Shown here: positions 24,826 to 32,000 of the stretch, piece after piece
Numbering within the stretch: position 1 is the stretch's first letter
Layout of the letters: the number at the start of each line of letters is the position of its first letter
Assembly (NCBI GenBank): GCA_049606355.1
Contig: JBMYVL010000001.1
Coordinates: 166,871 to 198,870 of the forward strand
Direction: 5' to 3'
Length of the DNA stretch: 32,000 nt
Source of the DNA: Opitutales bacterium
Lineage (GTDB): Bacteria; Verrucomicrobiota; Verrucomicrobiia; Opitutales; Coraliomargaritaceae
Translations under genes and position numbers: made by a program
The notes under the pieces: model-generated
What the model saw: the letters and a program-made list of their open reading frames with translations, nothing else
Database searches by the model: none
Told to the model about the DNA's origin: nothing

Positions 24826-27570
24826 ATGAGCCAAGCAAACGATCCGTTTAACGTCCTCAAGGAACTCAACGGCAAACACTACTACAGCCTGCCGGCTCTC
24901 GAAACGGAAGCTGGCCTCAGCGGTATTTCCAAACTGCCGGTGAGTATTCGCATTGTTTTGGAGTCAGTGCTGCGCAACTGCGACGGCAAGCGCATTGTCA
25001 AAGAAGATGTTGAAGCGCTGGCCAACTGGAGTGCGTCGCAACCCAGCAACAAGGAAATTCCGTTCGTCGTGTCGCGCGTCGTGCTGCAGGATTTCACTGG
25101 TGTACCGCTGTTAGTGGACCTCGCTGCGATGCGCGATGCGGTGCAAGCTATTGGCTCAGACCCAGCCAAAATCGAACCTTTAGTACCGGTCGACCTGGTC
25201 GTCGATCACTCCGTACAAGTCGACCGTTCCGGCTCGGCGAATGCCTTCTTAGAAAATCTGAAGATCGAATTTGCCCGCAATAAGGAACGCTATCAATTCC
25301 TAAAATGGGGCCAGCAAGCTTTTGAGACCTTCAGCGTCGTGCCACCTGCGATCGGCATCGTCCACCAGGTGAATCTTGAATATTTGGCGCGCGTAGTCTT
25401 CGAAAAAGATGGTATCCTATATCCGGATACACTGGTCGGCACGGATTCGCACACGACCATGATCAATGGCCTCGGCATCGTCGGTTGGGGTGTTGGTGGC
25501 ATTGAAGCGGAGTCGGGTATGCTCGGCCAACCTGTTTACTTTAAAACACCGGAAGTGATTGGTGTTCACCTTAGCGGCGAATTGCCGGAAGGCGCCACTG
25601 CGACCGACCTGACCCTGCAAATCACGCAACTCCTCCGCGCTGAAGGTGTCGTCGGAAAATTCGTTGAGTTCTACGGTGACGGTGCTGCGCAACTCAGTCT
25701 CGCAGACCGCGCCACCGTGGCCAATATGGCACCTGAGTATGGAGCCACGATGGGCTTTTTCCCAGTCGACGAGAAGTCCCTGGACTACATGCGCCTGACT
25801 GGGCGCAGCGAAGCGGAAATTAACCGCGTCAGAGACTACTATACGGCACAGGGCATGTTTGGCATCCCCAAGCAGGGTGAGCTGCACTACAGCAAAAGCC
25901 TCGATCTCGACATCAGCACTGTGGTGCCTTGCGTCTCCGGACCCAAGCGCCCTCAAGACCGGATCGAAGTACCCGCCCTCGGCCAACGTTTCCAAGAACT
26001 CATGGACATGCCGATCGCGGAAGGCGGCTTTGGCGTTGCCCCCGAAGCACAGGCCAGGAAAGTTCGTGTCGCGGAGCCCGTCGCCGCCGGCGGACGGGAC
26101 GAAGGTACAGTTGCTACCACCGAAGCCGTCGACGAATTGCCGGAAATCAGCCATGGTCAGGTGCTGATTGCCGCGATCACTTCGTGCACCAATACGTCAA
26201 ATCCTTCGGTCATGATTGCTGCAGGCCTTGTCGCCCGCAAGGCTCGCGAAAAAGGCCTCCGTGTAAATCCGCTGGTGAAGACTTCGCTCGGGCCCGGTTC
26301 CCGTGTCGTAACCGACTACCTCGAAGCGACCGACTTGCAGCAAGACTTGGATGCGCTCGGGTTTCAGCTAGTGGGCTACGGTTGCACCACCTGTATCGGT
26401 AATTCGGGACCCTTGGATCCTGCCATCGAAGCGGCCCTCAAATCCGGCGAGATTGTGGGCGCCTCAGTACTGTCGGGCAATCGCAACTTTGAAGCGCGCG
26501 TACACGGCGCGATCAAATCCAATTTCTTAATGTCACCTCCGCTTGTGGTAGCCTACGCGTTGGCAGGCACGGTCAACATCGACCTCAGCAACGACCCAAT
26601 CGGGACCGGCAGCAATGGAGAAGCGGTTTACCTAAAAGATATTTGGCCGAGCAATGCGGAGATCGAGAGCCTCGTCCTTTCTGGACTGAAGCCGGAGATG
26701 TTCCGCAGTAAGTATGGCGACCTGAACGCCGCGAACCCAGAATGGAATGCGGTCCAGTCGTCCACCGGCAGCCTCTATCAGTGGGATGATGCCTCAACCT
26801 ATATCCAAAGCCCGCCGTTCTTCGAAGATTTCGGCATGCAGGCAGGAACGATCGCAGACCTCACGGATCTGCGCCCGCTCGCCATCGTTGGCGACTCGAT
26901 CACCACGGACCACATCTCCCCTGCTGGGGCGATTAAGGCAGATGGACCCGCGGGTCGCTTCCTCGCCGAAAATGGGGTCGGCGCTAAAGACTTCAATAGC
27001 TTCGGCTCTCGCCGCGGCAACGACCGCATCATGACGCGCGGCACCTTTGCTAACGTCCGCTTTAAAAACAAAATGGCCGAAGGCAAAGAAGGTGGGTACA
27101 CGAAATTGATGCCGGAAGGCACGCCTGCCGATATCTATGATGCATGTCAGACCTACAAAGAACGCGGCGAGGGCTTGATAGTAATCGCCGGCGAAGACTA
27201 CGGCATGGGATCCTCGCGCGACTGGGCAGCTAAAGGGACCGCGTTACTGGGGGTGAAAGCCGTTGTCGCAAAGAGCTTCGAGCGCATTCACCGCTCAAAC
27301 CTCATCGGCATGGGTGTCCTCCCGCTACAGTTCCCCGAAGGCGTTAGCGATGAAACACTTGGTCTGGATGGCAGCGAAACCTTCAGCATTACGGGCTTGA
27401 GTGATCAGATTCAACCGGCAGCGACTCTACCGCTGGCAATCAAACGCGCCGATGGAACTACAGAAACGATTGACCTAACGCTGCGAATTGATACCTCCAT
27501 AGAAGTCGATTACTACCGTCACGGCGGCATACTTCAGTATGTCCTGCGCGACATTCTATCTGATTCATAA
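24826..27570 (+). CDS. acnA: Aconitate hydratase A
   Basis: At 914 aa the protein matches AcnA/IRP-type aconitases along its full length. Matching blocks include [69 protein letters not shown] and [18 protein letters not shown]. Confidence 0.97.
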   Translation: MSQANDPFNVLKELNGKHYYSLPALETEAGLSGISKLPVSIRIVLESVLRNCDGKRIVKEDVEALANWSASQPSNKEIPFVVSRVVLQDFTGVPLLVDLAAMRDAVQAIGSDPAKIEPLVPVDLVVDHSVQVDRSGSANAFLENLKIEFARNKERYQFLKWGQQAFETFSVVPPAIGIVHQVNLEYLARVVFEKDGILYPDTLVGTDSHTTMINGLGIVGWGVGGIEAESGMLGQPVYFKTPEVIGVHLSGELPEGATATDLTLQITQLLRAEGVVGKFVEFYGDGAAQLSLADRATVANMAPEYGATMGFFPVDEKSLDYMRLTGRSEAEINRVRDYYTAQGMFGIPKQGELHYSKSLDLDISTVVPCVSGPKRPQDRIEVPALGQRFQELMDMPIAEGGFGVAPEAQARKVRVAEPVAAGGRDEGTVATTEAVDELPEISHGQVLIAAITSCTNTSNPSVMIAAGLVARKAREKGLRVNPLVKTSLGPGSRVVTDYLEATDLQQDLDALGFQLVGYGCTTCIGNSGPLDPAIEAALKSGEIVGASVLSGNRNFEARVHGAIKSNFLMSPPLVVAYALAGTVNIDLSNDPIGTGSNGEAVYLKDIWPSNAEIESLVLSGLKPEMFRSKYGDLNAANPEWNAVQSSTGSLYQWDDASTYIQSPPFFEDFGMQAGTIADLTDLRPLAIVGDSITTDHISPAGAIKADGPAGRFLAENGVGAKDFNSFGSRRGNDRIMTRGTFANVRFKNKMAEGKEGGYTKLMPEGTPADIYDACQTYKERGEGLIVIAGEDYGMGSSRDWAAKGTALLGVKAVVAKSFERIHRSNLIGMGVLPLQFPEGVSDETLGLDGSETFSITGLSDQIQPAATLPLAIKRADGTTETIDLTLRIDTSIEVDYYRHGGILQYVLRDILSDS

Positions 27571-27597
27571 TTCCACAACCGTGCATCTCGCTCTCTC

Positions 27598-28101
27598 ATG
27601 AGTGGCTCCAAACAGCCGACTTTTCTTGTTAGCGCCTACTCCGAACCGATCGTCATTCGGATCCATGGTAAGGCAAACTATCTGAACTGTAAGAATTTCA
27701 GGGAGTTCATGGAGAAAATGGTGGGCGACCGGAAGCATCGCTTTGCATTGGACTTCGAGCACTGCACTGGGATGGACAGCACTTTTCTCGGCATCCTCGC
27801 CGGTACAGCGCTTGAGCTCCGTCGGCAAGACCCGCCGGGTGTCTTGCTTATCTGCAATTTGAACGAACGGAATCGTGAATTGATCTGCAACCTCGGGCTG
27901 CAAAGCTTGCTATCGATCGATGCGGAAGTCTCGGCACCCGAAGAAGCGGTGGTCGGCACGGCATTGGACGATGCGGAAGTCTCCAGTGCGCGCCAAGTGC
28001 TCGCTGCGCACCAAAGCCTCGTCGAAGCCAATCAGAAGAATGCCGCTACCTTTCAGGACGTCATTGCATTTTTGCAAAATCAGCTCGGGCCCGACAACTA
28101 G
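27598..28101 (+). CDS. STAS-domain protein (anti-sigma-factor antagonist / SpoIIAA-RsbV-like)
   Basis: The STAS core is IRIHGKANYLNCKNFREFM...FALDFEHCTGMDSTFLGILAG. The DST motif aligns with the DSS(G) phospho-acceptor motif of SpoIIAA (Ser61/Thr62, nt 27778-27783). It sits directly upstream of a PP2C phosphatase gene. Confidence 0.75.
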   Translation: MSGSKQPTFLVSAYSEPIVIRIHGKANYLNCKNFREFMEKMVGDRKHRFALDFEHCTGMDSTFLGILAGTALELRRQDPPGVLLICNLNERNRELICNLGLQSLLSIDAEVSAPEEAVVGTALDDAEVSSARQVLAAHQSLVEANQKNAATFQDVIAFLQNQLGPDN

Positions 28102-28143
28102 GCGCCTGCCCGCACGACCCCAGCCTCCAAATTTGAAAGTGAT

Positions 28144-29580
28144 ATGATCTTATTTGCGCTCGGCACTCTCATGGGAGTCATCCTGATGTGGTTACTCTAC
28201 AGCGGAAATAGTCGACGCTTGAAGCTGGCCCAAGAAGAGAAACAACTCTTGGAGCAAGAGAAGCACATCGTCGTCGAGTTCATGCACAACATGGTGGAGG
28301 CGGTAATTGAAGAAGGCTCTCGAACCTCGATGTTTCAGCGGATTATTCACGCCGCAGTGCTCAGCACCGGAGCCATGAGTGCCTGCATTTTTGAAAAGCA
28401 AACGGACAACAGCTTGAAGGGAGTTGCAGTGGAAGGGCTCTTCCCCCCGCAGCGCAAGGTAAACACTGAGATCGGCCACAAGGCAGGCACCCGAGCACAA
28501 CACATTGAAGCCATTCTGCGTTCAGAGAGTTTTACGATGGGCGAAGGTCTGATCGGTTCAGTCGGTCAATCGCGCCGCGGCTTATTGATTGCTGATGCCG
28601 CGCATGACCCTCGCGTTATTCAACATGAGGATCCGGCACTTAAAATTCGGTCCATGATTGTCGTGCCCGTCGTCTTTCGTGGTGATCTGGTTGCGGTTCT
28701 CGCCCTCGCGAACCCCTGCGATGGGCTCGCCTTTAACCAAACGGACTTCTCTTTGGTAGAATCGCTGGCCGAACAAGTCGGCTTGGCGGTCCACAATAGC
28801 GATGCGATGAAAGTGCAAATCGAGAAGAGTAAACTCGATTTGGATCTGGAGTTGGCCAGTAACATTCAAAATTTGTTGCTGCCAAGCCGATTCCCCGAAA
28901 CTCCCAACTTAGAATTTGCCGCACACTACACAGCTGCGCAAAAAATCGGCGGCGATCTGTACGACGTCTTCCCGCTGCAGGACAACAAAATCGGCGTCGC
29001 GATCGCAGATGTTTCCGGGAAAGGCATCGCCGCCTCGATCGTTATGGCGATCTGCCAAACCAATTTGCACCACTTGTCGCGCAGCAAAAACTCGCCCGCA
29101 GAAATCCTCAAAGCGATCAATGCCGAAATGCATGAATCGATGCGGCGAGATATGTTCATCACCATGATCTATGCCGTGATCGACGTCGCCAATGAATCGA
29201 TTACGCTCGCGCGCGCCGGCCATGAACTGCCCTTGCATTACCATCGCGATACAGCCGGGCAAATCACCGTCGATAAAATACAATCCACCGGCATGGCGAT
29301 CGGAATGGTGCCGCCTGAGATTTTTGACTCCACCATCGTGGATACCACCCTTCACTTTAGCACGGACGACGCCTTCTTGCTCTACACTGATGGCGTCACT
29401 GAAAGTGTAAATCTTGAGGGCGAGGAATTCTCAGGCGAACGACTGATCGATACCCTGCAAACGAGCGGCCGAGGGAGCGCACAAGCGATCTTGAACACGG
29501 TGATCACCAGCGTGGAGCGCTTTTCCGGCGAGGCCGGGCAGACCGATGACTTGACCTTGATCGCAGTCAAACACCGCTAA
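28144..29580 (+). CDS. Membrane-anchored GAF-domain PP2C (SpoIIE/RsbU-type) serine phosphatase
   Basis: The N-terminus has a TM helix (ILFALGTLMGVILMWLLY). The GAF region includes GEGLIGSVGQSRRGLLIADAAHDPR. The PP2C/SpoIIE motifs are IGGDLYDVF, GVAIADVSGKGIAAS, LLYTDGVTES and QTDDLTLIAVK. Confidence 0.9.
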   Translation: MILFALGTLMGVILMWLLYSGNSRRLKLAQEEKQLLEQEKHIVVEFMHNMVEAVIEEGSRTSMFQRIIHAAVLSTGAMSACIFEKQTDNSLKGVAVEGLFPPQRKVNTEIGHKAGTRAQHIEAILRSESFTMGEGLIGSVGQSRRGLLIADAAHDPRVIQHEDPALKIRSMIVVPVVFRGDLVAVLALANPCDGLAFNQTDFSLVESLAEQVGLAVHNSDAMKVQIEKSKLDLDLELASNIQNLLLPSRFPETPNLEFAAHYTAAQKIGGDLYDVFPLQDNKIGVAIADVSGKGIAASIVMAICQTNLHHLSRSKNSPAEILKAINAEMHESMRRDMFITMIYAVIDVANESITLARAGHELPLHYHRDTAGQITVDKIQSTGMAIGMVPPEIFDSTIVDTTLHFSTDDAFLLYTDGVTESVNLEGEEFSGERLIDTLQTSGRGSAQAILNTVITSVERFSGEAGQTDDLTLIAVKHR

Positions 29581-29691
29581 GATTCTCGGGGCGCACTCAA
29601 TCTGTGGTAATAATTTGACATTCAAGGTCTTTCATAGAAAAACACAGACCATCGCTACTCAAGTAACCGTCTGCTAAATTTTAATTATCAC

Positions 29692-30714
29692 GTGCTGGGA
29701 CTTCTCTCCAACGACATCGGAATCGACTTAGGCACCGCCAACACCCTGGTATTTGCTAAAGATAAGGGAATCGTCTTGCGCGAACCCAGCGTCGTTGCGG
29801 TCTACACCTCCACCAAAAAAGTTTGTGCGGTCGGTTCTGAAGCGAAGAAGATGCTCGGCCGTACTCCGGGCAACATTACGGCGATTCGCCCGATGAAAGA
29901 TGGGGTGATTGCTGACTTTGAAATCACCGAAGCCATGCTGCGGTATTTCATCAACAAGGTGAATCGTACGCGCACTTTTGTAGCACCACGCATTGTCGTT
30001 GCCGTGCCTTCCGGCATTACCGAAGTGGAGCGACGCGCGGTTAAAGATTCGGCGATTCGGGCCGGGGCCCGCGATGTCGTTCTCATTGAAGAGCCAATGG
30101 CTGCTGCCATTGGTGTCGGCTTACCCATCGATGAGCCCGCCGCTAACATGATTGTTGATATTGGTGGGGGCACCACTGAGGTCGCGATCATTTCCTTGGC
30201 AGGTGTGGTCTATACGAAAAGTATTCGTGTCGGCGGTGACGAGATCGACAACGCAATCGTCAACTACATGAAGCGCGCCTACAATTTGATGATCGGTGAG
30301 CGCACTGCGGAAGATATTAAGATTCGCGTAGGCTCTGCCTATAAACTCGAAGACGAAATTTCCATTGAGGTTCGCGGTCGCGACTCCGTTGCAGGGCTGC
30401 CAAAGACGATCACGATCACTTCACAAGAGATTCGCGACGCACTCGCCGATACCATCGCTTCGATTGTCGATCTGGTGCGTAATGCACTCGAGCGCTGCCC
30501 GCCGGAGCTCTCTGCCGATCTGGTCGATCGTGGCTTTGTGTTGGCTGGTGGTGGCGCCATGATCCGCGGCCTGGATCAACAACTCAGTGATGCGACTGGA
30601 CTTCCGGTAGTGATCGCCGACGATCCACTCAGTGCGGTAGCCAACGGCACCGGCCTCGTCCTGCAAGAGCTGGCCTTTCTACTGAAAGACCTCACCGGGA
30701 ACCCTAAAAACTAA
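29692..30714 (+). CDS. mreB: Rod shape-determining actin homolog MreB
   Basis: MreB blocks are present throughout: [57 protein letters not shown] and [12 protein letters not shown]. The start is GTG at 29692. There is no in-frame ATG between the upstream stop (29635) and this codon. Confidence 0.95.
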   Translation: MLGLLSNDIGIDLGTANTLVFAKDKGIVLREPSVVAVYTSTKKVCAVGSEAKKMLGRTPGNITAIRPMKDGVIADFEITEAMLRYFINKVNRTRTFVAPRIVVAVPSGITEVERRAVKDSAIRAGARDVVLIEEPMAAAIGVGLPIDEPAANMIVDIGGGTTEVAIISLAGVVYTKSIRVGGDEIDNAIVNYMKRAYNLMIGERTAEDIKIRVGSAYKLEDEISIEVRGRDSVAGLPKTITITSQEIRDALADTIASIVDLVRNALERCPPELSADLVDRGFVLAGGGAMIRGLDQQLSDATGLPVVIADDPLSAVANGTGLVLQELAFLLKDLTGNPKN

Positions 30715-30723
30715 GTTTCGACG

Positions 30724-31575
30724 GTGGCGAAATTACGCCTCGATAAATTTAGGCCTCTGCTTGCGCTGGGCATCTTTCTACTCAGCTGGTGGGTGTTGCC
30801 GTCCTTCATCAAATCCTTCCTGCGCACGAGCTTTGCCGAGTTCCAAGCACCGGCATGGGTCGCCAGCGCGCAACTCGATCGGCTGGAGGATTTTTGGGCG
30901 CGACGCAGCCACTCTAAAATTGAATTGATTAATGCCGGGAAGGAGCTGGCGCGGCAAAAAGCGTATTATCAAGCGCTGGCTCAGCGCCATGAGGTACTCG
31001 AAGCCGAAATTGATCGCCTCGGCGCCATCCTAAGTCTGCCCACGCAGCGCGAATATCGCCATGAAGTGGCTCGTGTCATTCGTCGTGACCTCAGCGCATG
31101 GTGGCAACAGATGATTATTCGCAAAGGGCGCGATTATCAGATCCCGGAGGGCGCCGCAGTCATCTTTGCAGGGGGCGTAGTTGGGCGTGTCGCCGAAGTG
31201 CGTGCGTTTACCTCACGCATCGAACTGATCTCCAGCCCCAACTTCCGTATGGCTGCGACCTTTGAAAAGGATGCACGCCCCGTGGTGTATCAAGGTGTTG
31301 CGCAAAATGGCTTCGGTCCACCTCACGGTGAAGTCCGCGATGCCCCGCAGGATCTCCTCGCCAACTCACAGGCGCCGCTGAAATTAATTTCGACACGCCT
31401 CGGCGGCACCTTCCCCGCGGGATTAACCATCGGTACTGTCAATTGGCTGGAACCGGGCAGCAGCGGCATCTTTCAAACCGGCAAGGTGCACCTCGACAAA
31501 CGCCTACTCTCCTTGGAAGAGGTAACAGTATTAATCCCACTCAATCCCATAGACTACAGCCACGATGCTGATTGA
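30724..31575 (+). CDS. mreC: Rod shape-determining protein MreC
   Basis: It lies 9 nt after mreB. It has an N-terminal TM helix (LLALGIFLLSWWVL), a coiled coil (ELARQKAYYQALAQRHEVLEAEIDRL) and beta-barrel domain motifs (GGVVGRVAEVRAFTSRIELI, FPAGLTIGTV). The start is GTG. Confidence 0.88.
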   Translation: MAKLRLDKFRPLLALGIFLLSWWVLPSFIKSFLRTSFAEFQAPAWVASAQLDRLEDFWARRSHSKIELINAGKELARQKAYYQALAQRHEVLEAEIDRLGAILSLPTQREYRHEVARVIRRDLSAWWQQMIIRKGRDYQIPEGAAVIFAGGVVGRVAEVRAFTSRIELISSPNFRMAATFEKDARPVVYQGVAQNGFGPPHGEVRDAPQDLLANSQAPLKLISTRLGGTFPAGLTIGTVNWLEPGSSGIFQTGKVHLDKRLLSLEEVTVLIPLNPIDYSHDAD

Positions 31576-32000
31576 TCCGCGCTGCCTCATTTTAGTGGCT
31601 GCGAATGCACTGCTGCTGTACCTCACTCAGTTGGTGAACTCCAGCCTCGCGGCTTGGTCTCTGCATTTAGTGTTGCTTGGGCCGATGCTGATTCTGCCCT
31701 CACTCTACCTTAAATTCCGCGATGGTTTTCTCTGCTGCCTGCTAACCGGACTATGGGTGGATGCTGCGCTGCCGGTCCCCTATGGCCTCTTCACCGGCGG
31801 CAGCGTTGCCTTCGCGACCGGGCTATATGCGCTCCGCCACCGTTTTCGTGCCGAACATAATTACCACCCCAATCTTCTCTCCCACACGATCAACGCAGCC
31901 GCTTTGATGGCACTGACCGCCAGCTTGGATCATGGCGCCATCAGCACCATCGCGTATTGGCTACAGGTACTACTCACGGCGCTGCTCTCTCACCTGTGCT
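31565..32000 (+). CDS. mreD: Rod shape-determining protein MreD (5' part; runs off the window)
   Basis: This ORF is not in the supplied track because it has no stop inside the window. I translated it by hand from the ATG at 31565, which overlaps the mreC stop by 11 nt: MLIDPRCLILVAANALLLYLTQLVNSSLAAWSLHLVLLGPMLILPSLYLKFRDGFLCCLLTGLWVDAALPVPYGLF... It is a polytopic hydrophobic protein in the canonical position after mreBC. Confidence 0.7.
   Translation, partial: MLIDPRCLILVAANALLLYLTQLVNSSLAAWSLHLVLLGPMLILPSLYLKFRDGFLCCLLTGLWVDAALPVPYGLFTGGSVAFATGLYALRHRFRAEHNYHPNLLSHTINAAALMALTASLDHGAISTIAYWLQVLLTALLSHLC

Noticed and set aside
25417-26154. 245-aa antisense ORF inside the aconitase gene, plus other antisense or overlapping ORFs at 24882-25169, 25859-26402 and 26799-27122
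   Set aside because: The sense strand encodes an unmistakable full-length AcnA. The antisense translations are Arg/Gly/Ala-rich with no motifs. Such ORFs are the expected by-product of GC-rich third codon positions.
28909-29355. 148-aa antisense ORF within the PP2C phosphatase gene
   Set aside because: It lies opposite strongly conserved PP2C motifs. The translation is His/Gly/Asp-rich with no recognisable motif.
29615-29643. Perfect TTGACA hexamer upstream of mreB, considered as a -35 element
   Set aside because: No acceptable -10 hexamer lies at 15-19 nt spacing. Only TAGAAA at 14 nt or A-rich runs are available. A single hexamer match is not enough to call a promoter.

Overview
The window is a gene-dense bacterial chromosomal segment with about 28 protein-coding genes, moderately GC-rich by eye. 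I found no rRNA or tRNA genes, CRISPR arrays, transposases, integrases or other mobile-element hallmarks. Most genes are recognisable housekeeping genes: recF, a NifS/IscS-like cysteine desulfurase, an M3 oligopeptidase, murA, ruvB, a SpoU/TrmH methyltransferase, tyrS, an AhpE-like peroxiredoxin, acnA and mreB-mreC-mreD, with mreD running off the 3' end. The stand-out region is a tightly packed five-gene minus-strand operon (6741 down to 114) that ends in a clean intrinsic terminator. It encodes, in order, a small secreted protein, a PilM-PilN fusion, an Amuc_1100-like bitopic protein in the PilO position, a bitopic proline-linker/beta-rich protein in the PilP position, and an 802-aa secretin. 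This looks like a divergent pilMNOPQ-type secretin and alignment-complex module. It has the same gene order I recall for Akkermansia Amuc_1102 to Amuc_1098, which suggests a Verrucomicrobiota origin (inference only). No pilin, extension/retraction ATPase, platform protein or prepilin peptidase is visible anywhere in the 32 kb. Other items worth a second look are an orphan 768-aa secreted protein, an FG-GAP/thrombospondin-type-3 protein with an RBS-sequestering hairpin, a disordered protein with an Arg/Gly/Asn-rich tail upstream of murA, and a kinase-less STAS plus GAF-PP2C pair between acnA and mreBCD. All functional calls come from motif reading of the supplied translations. No database search was run.
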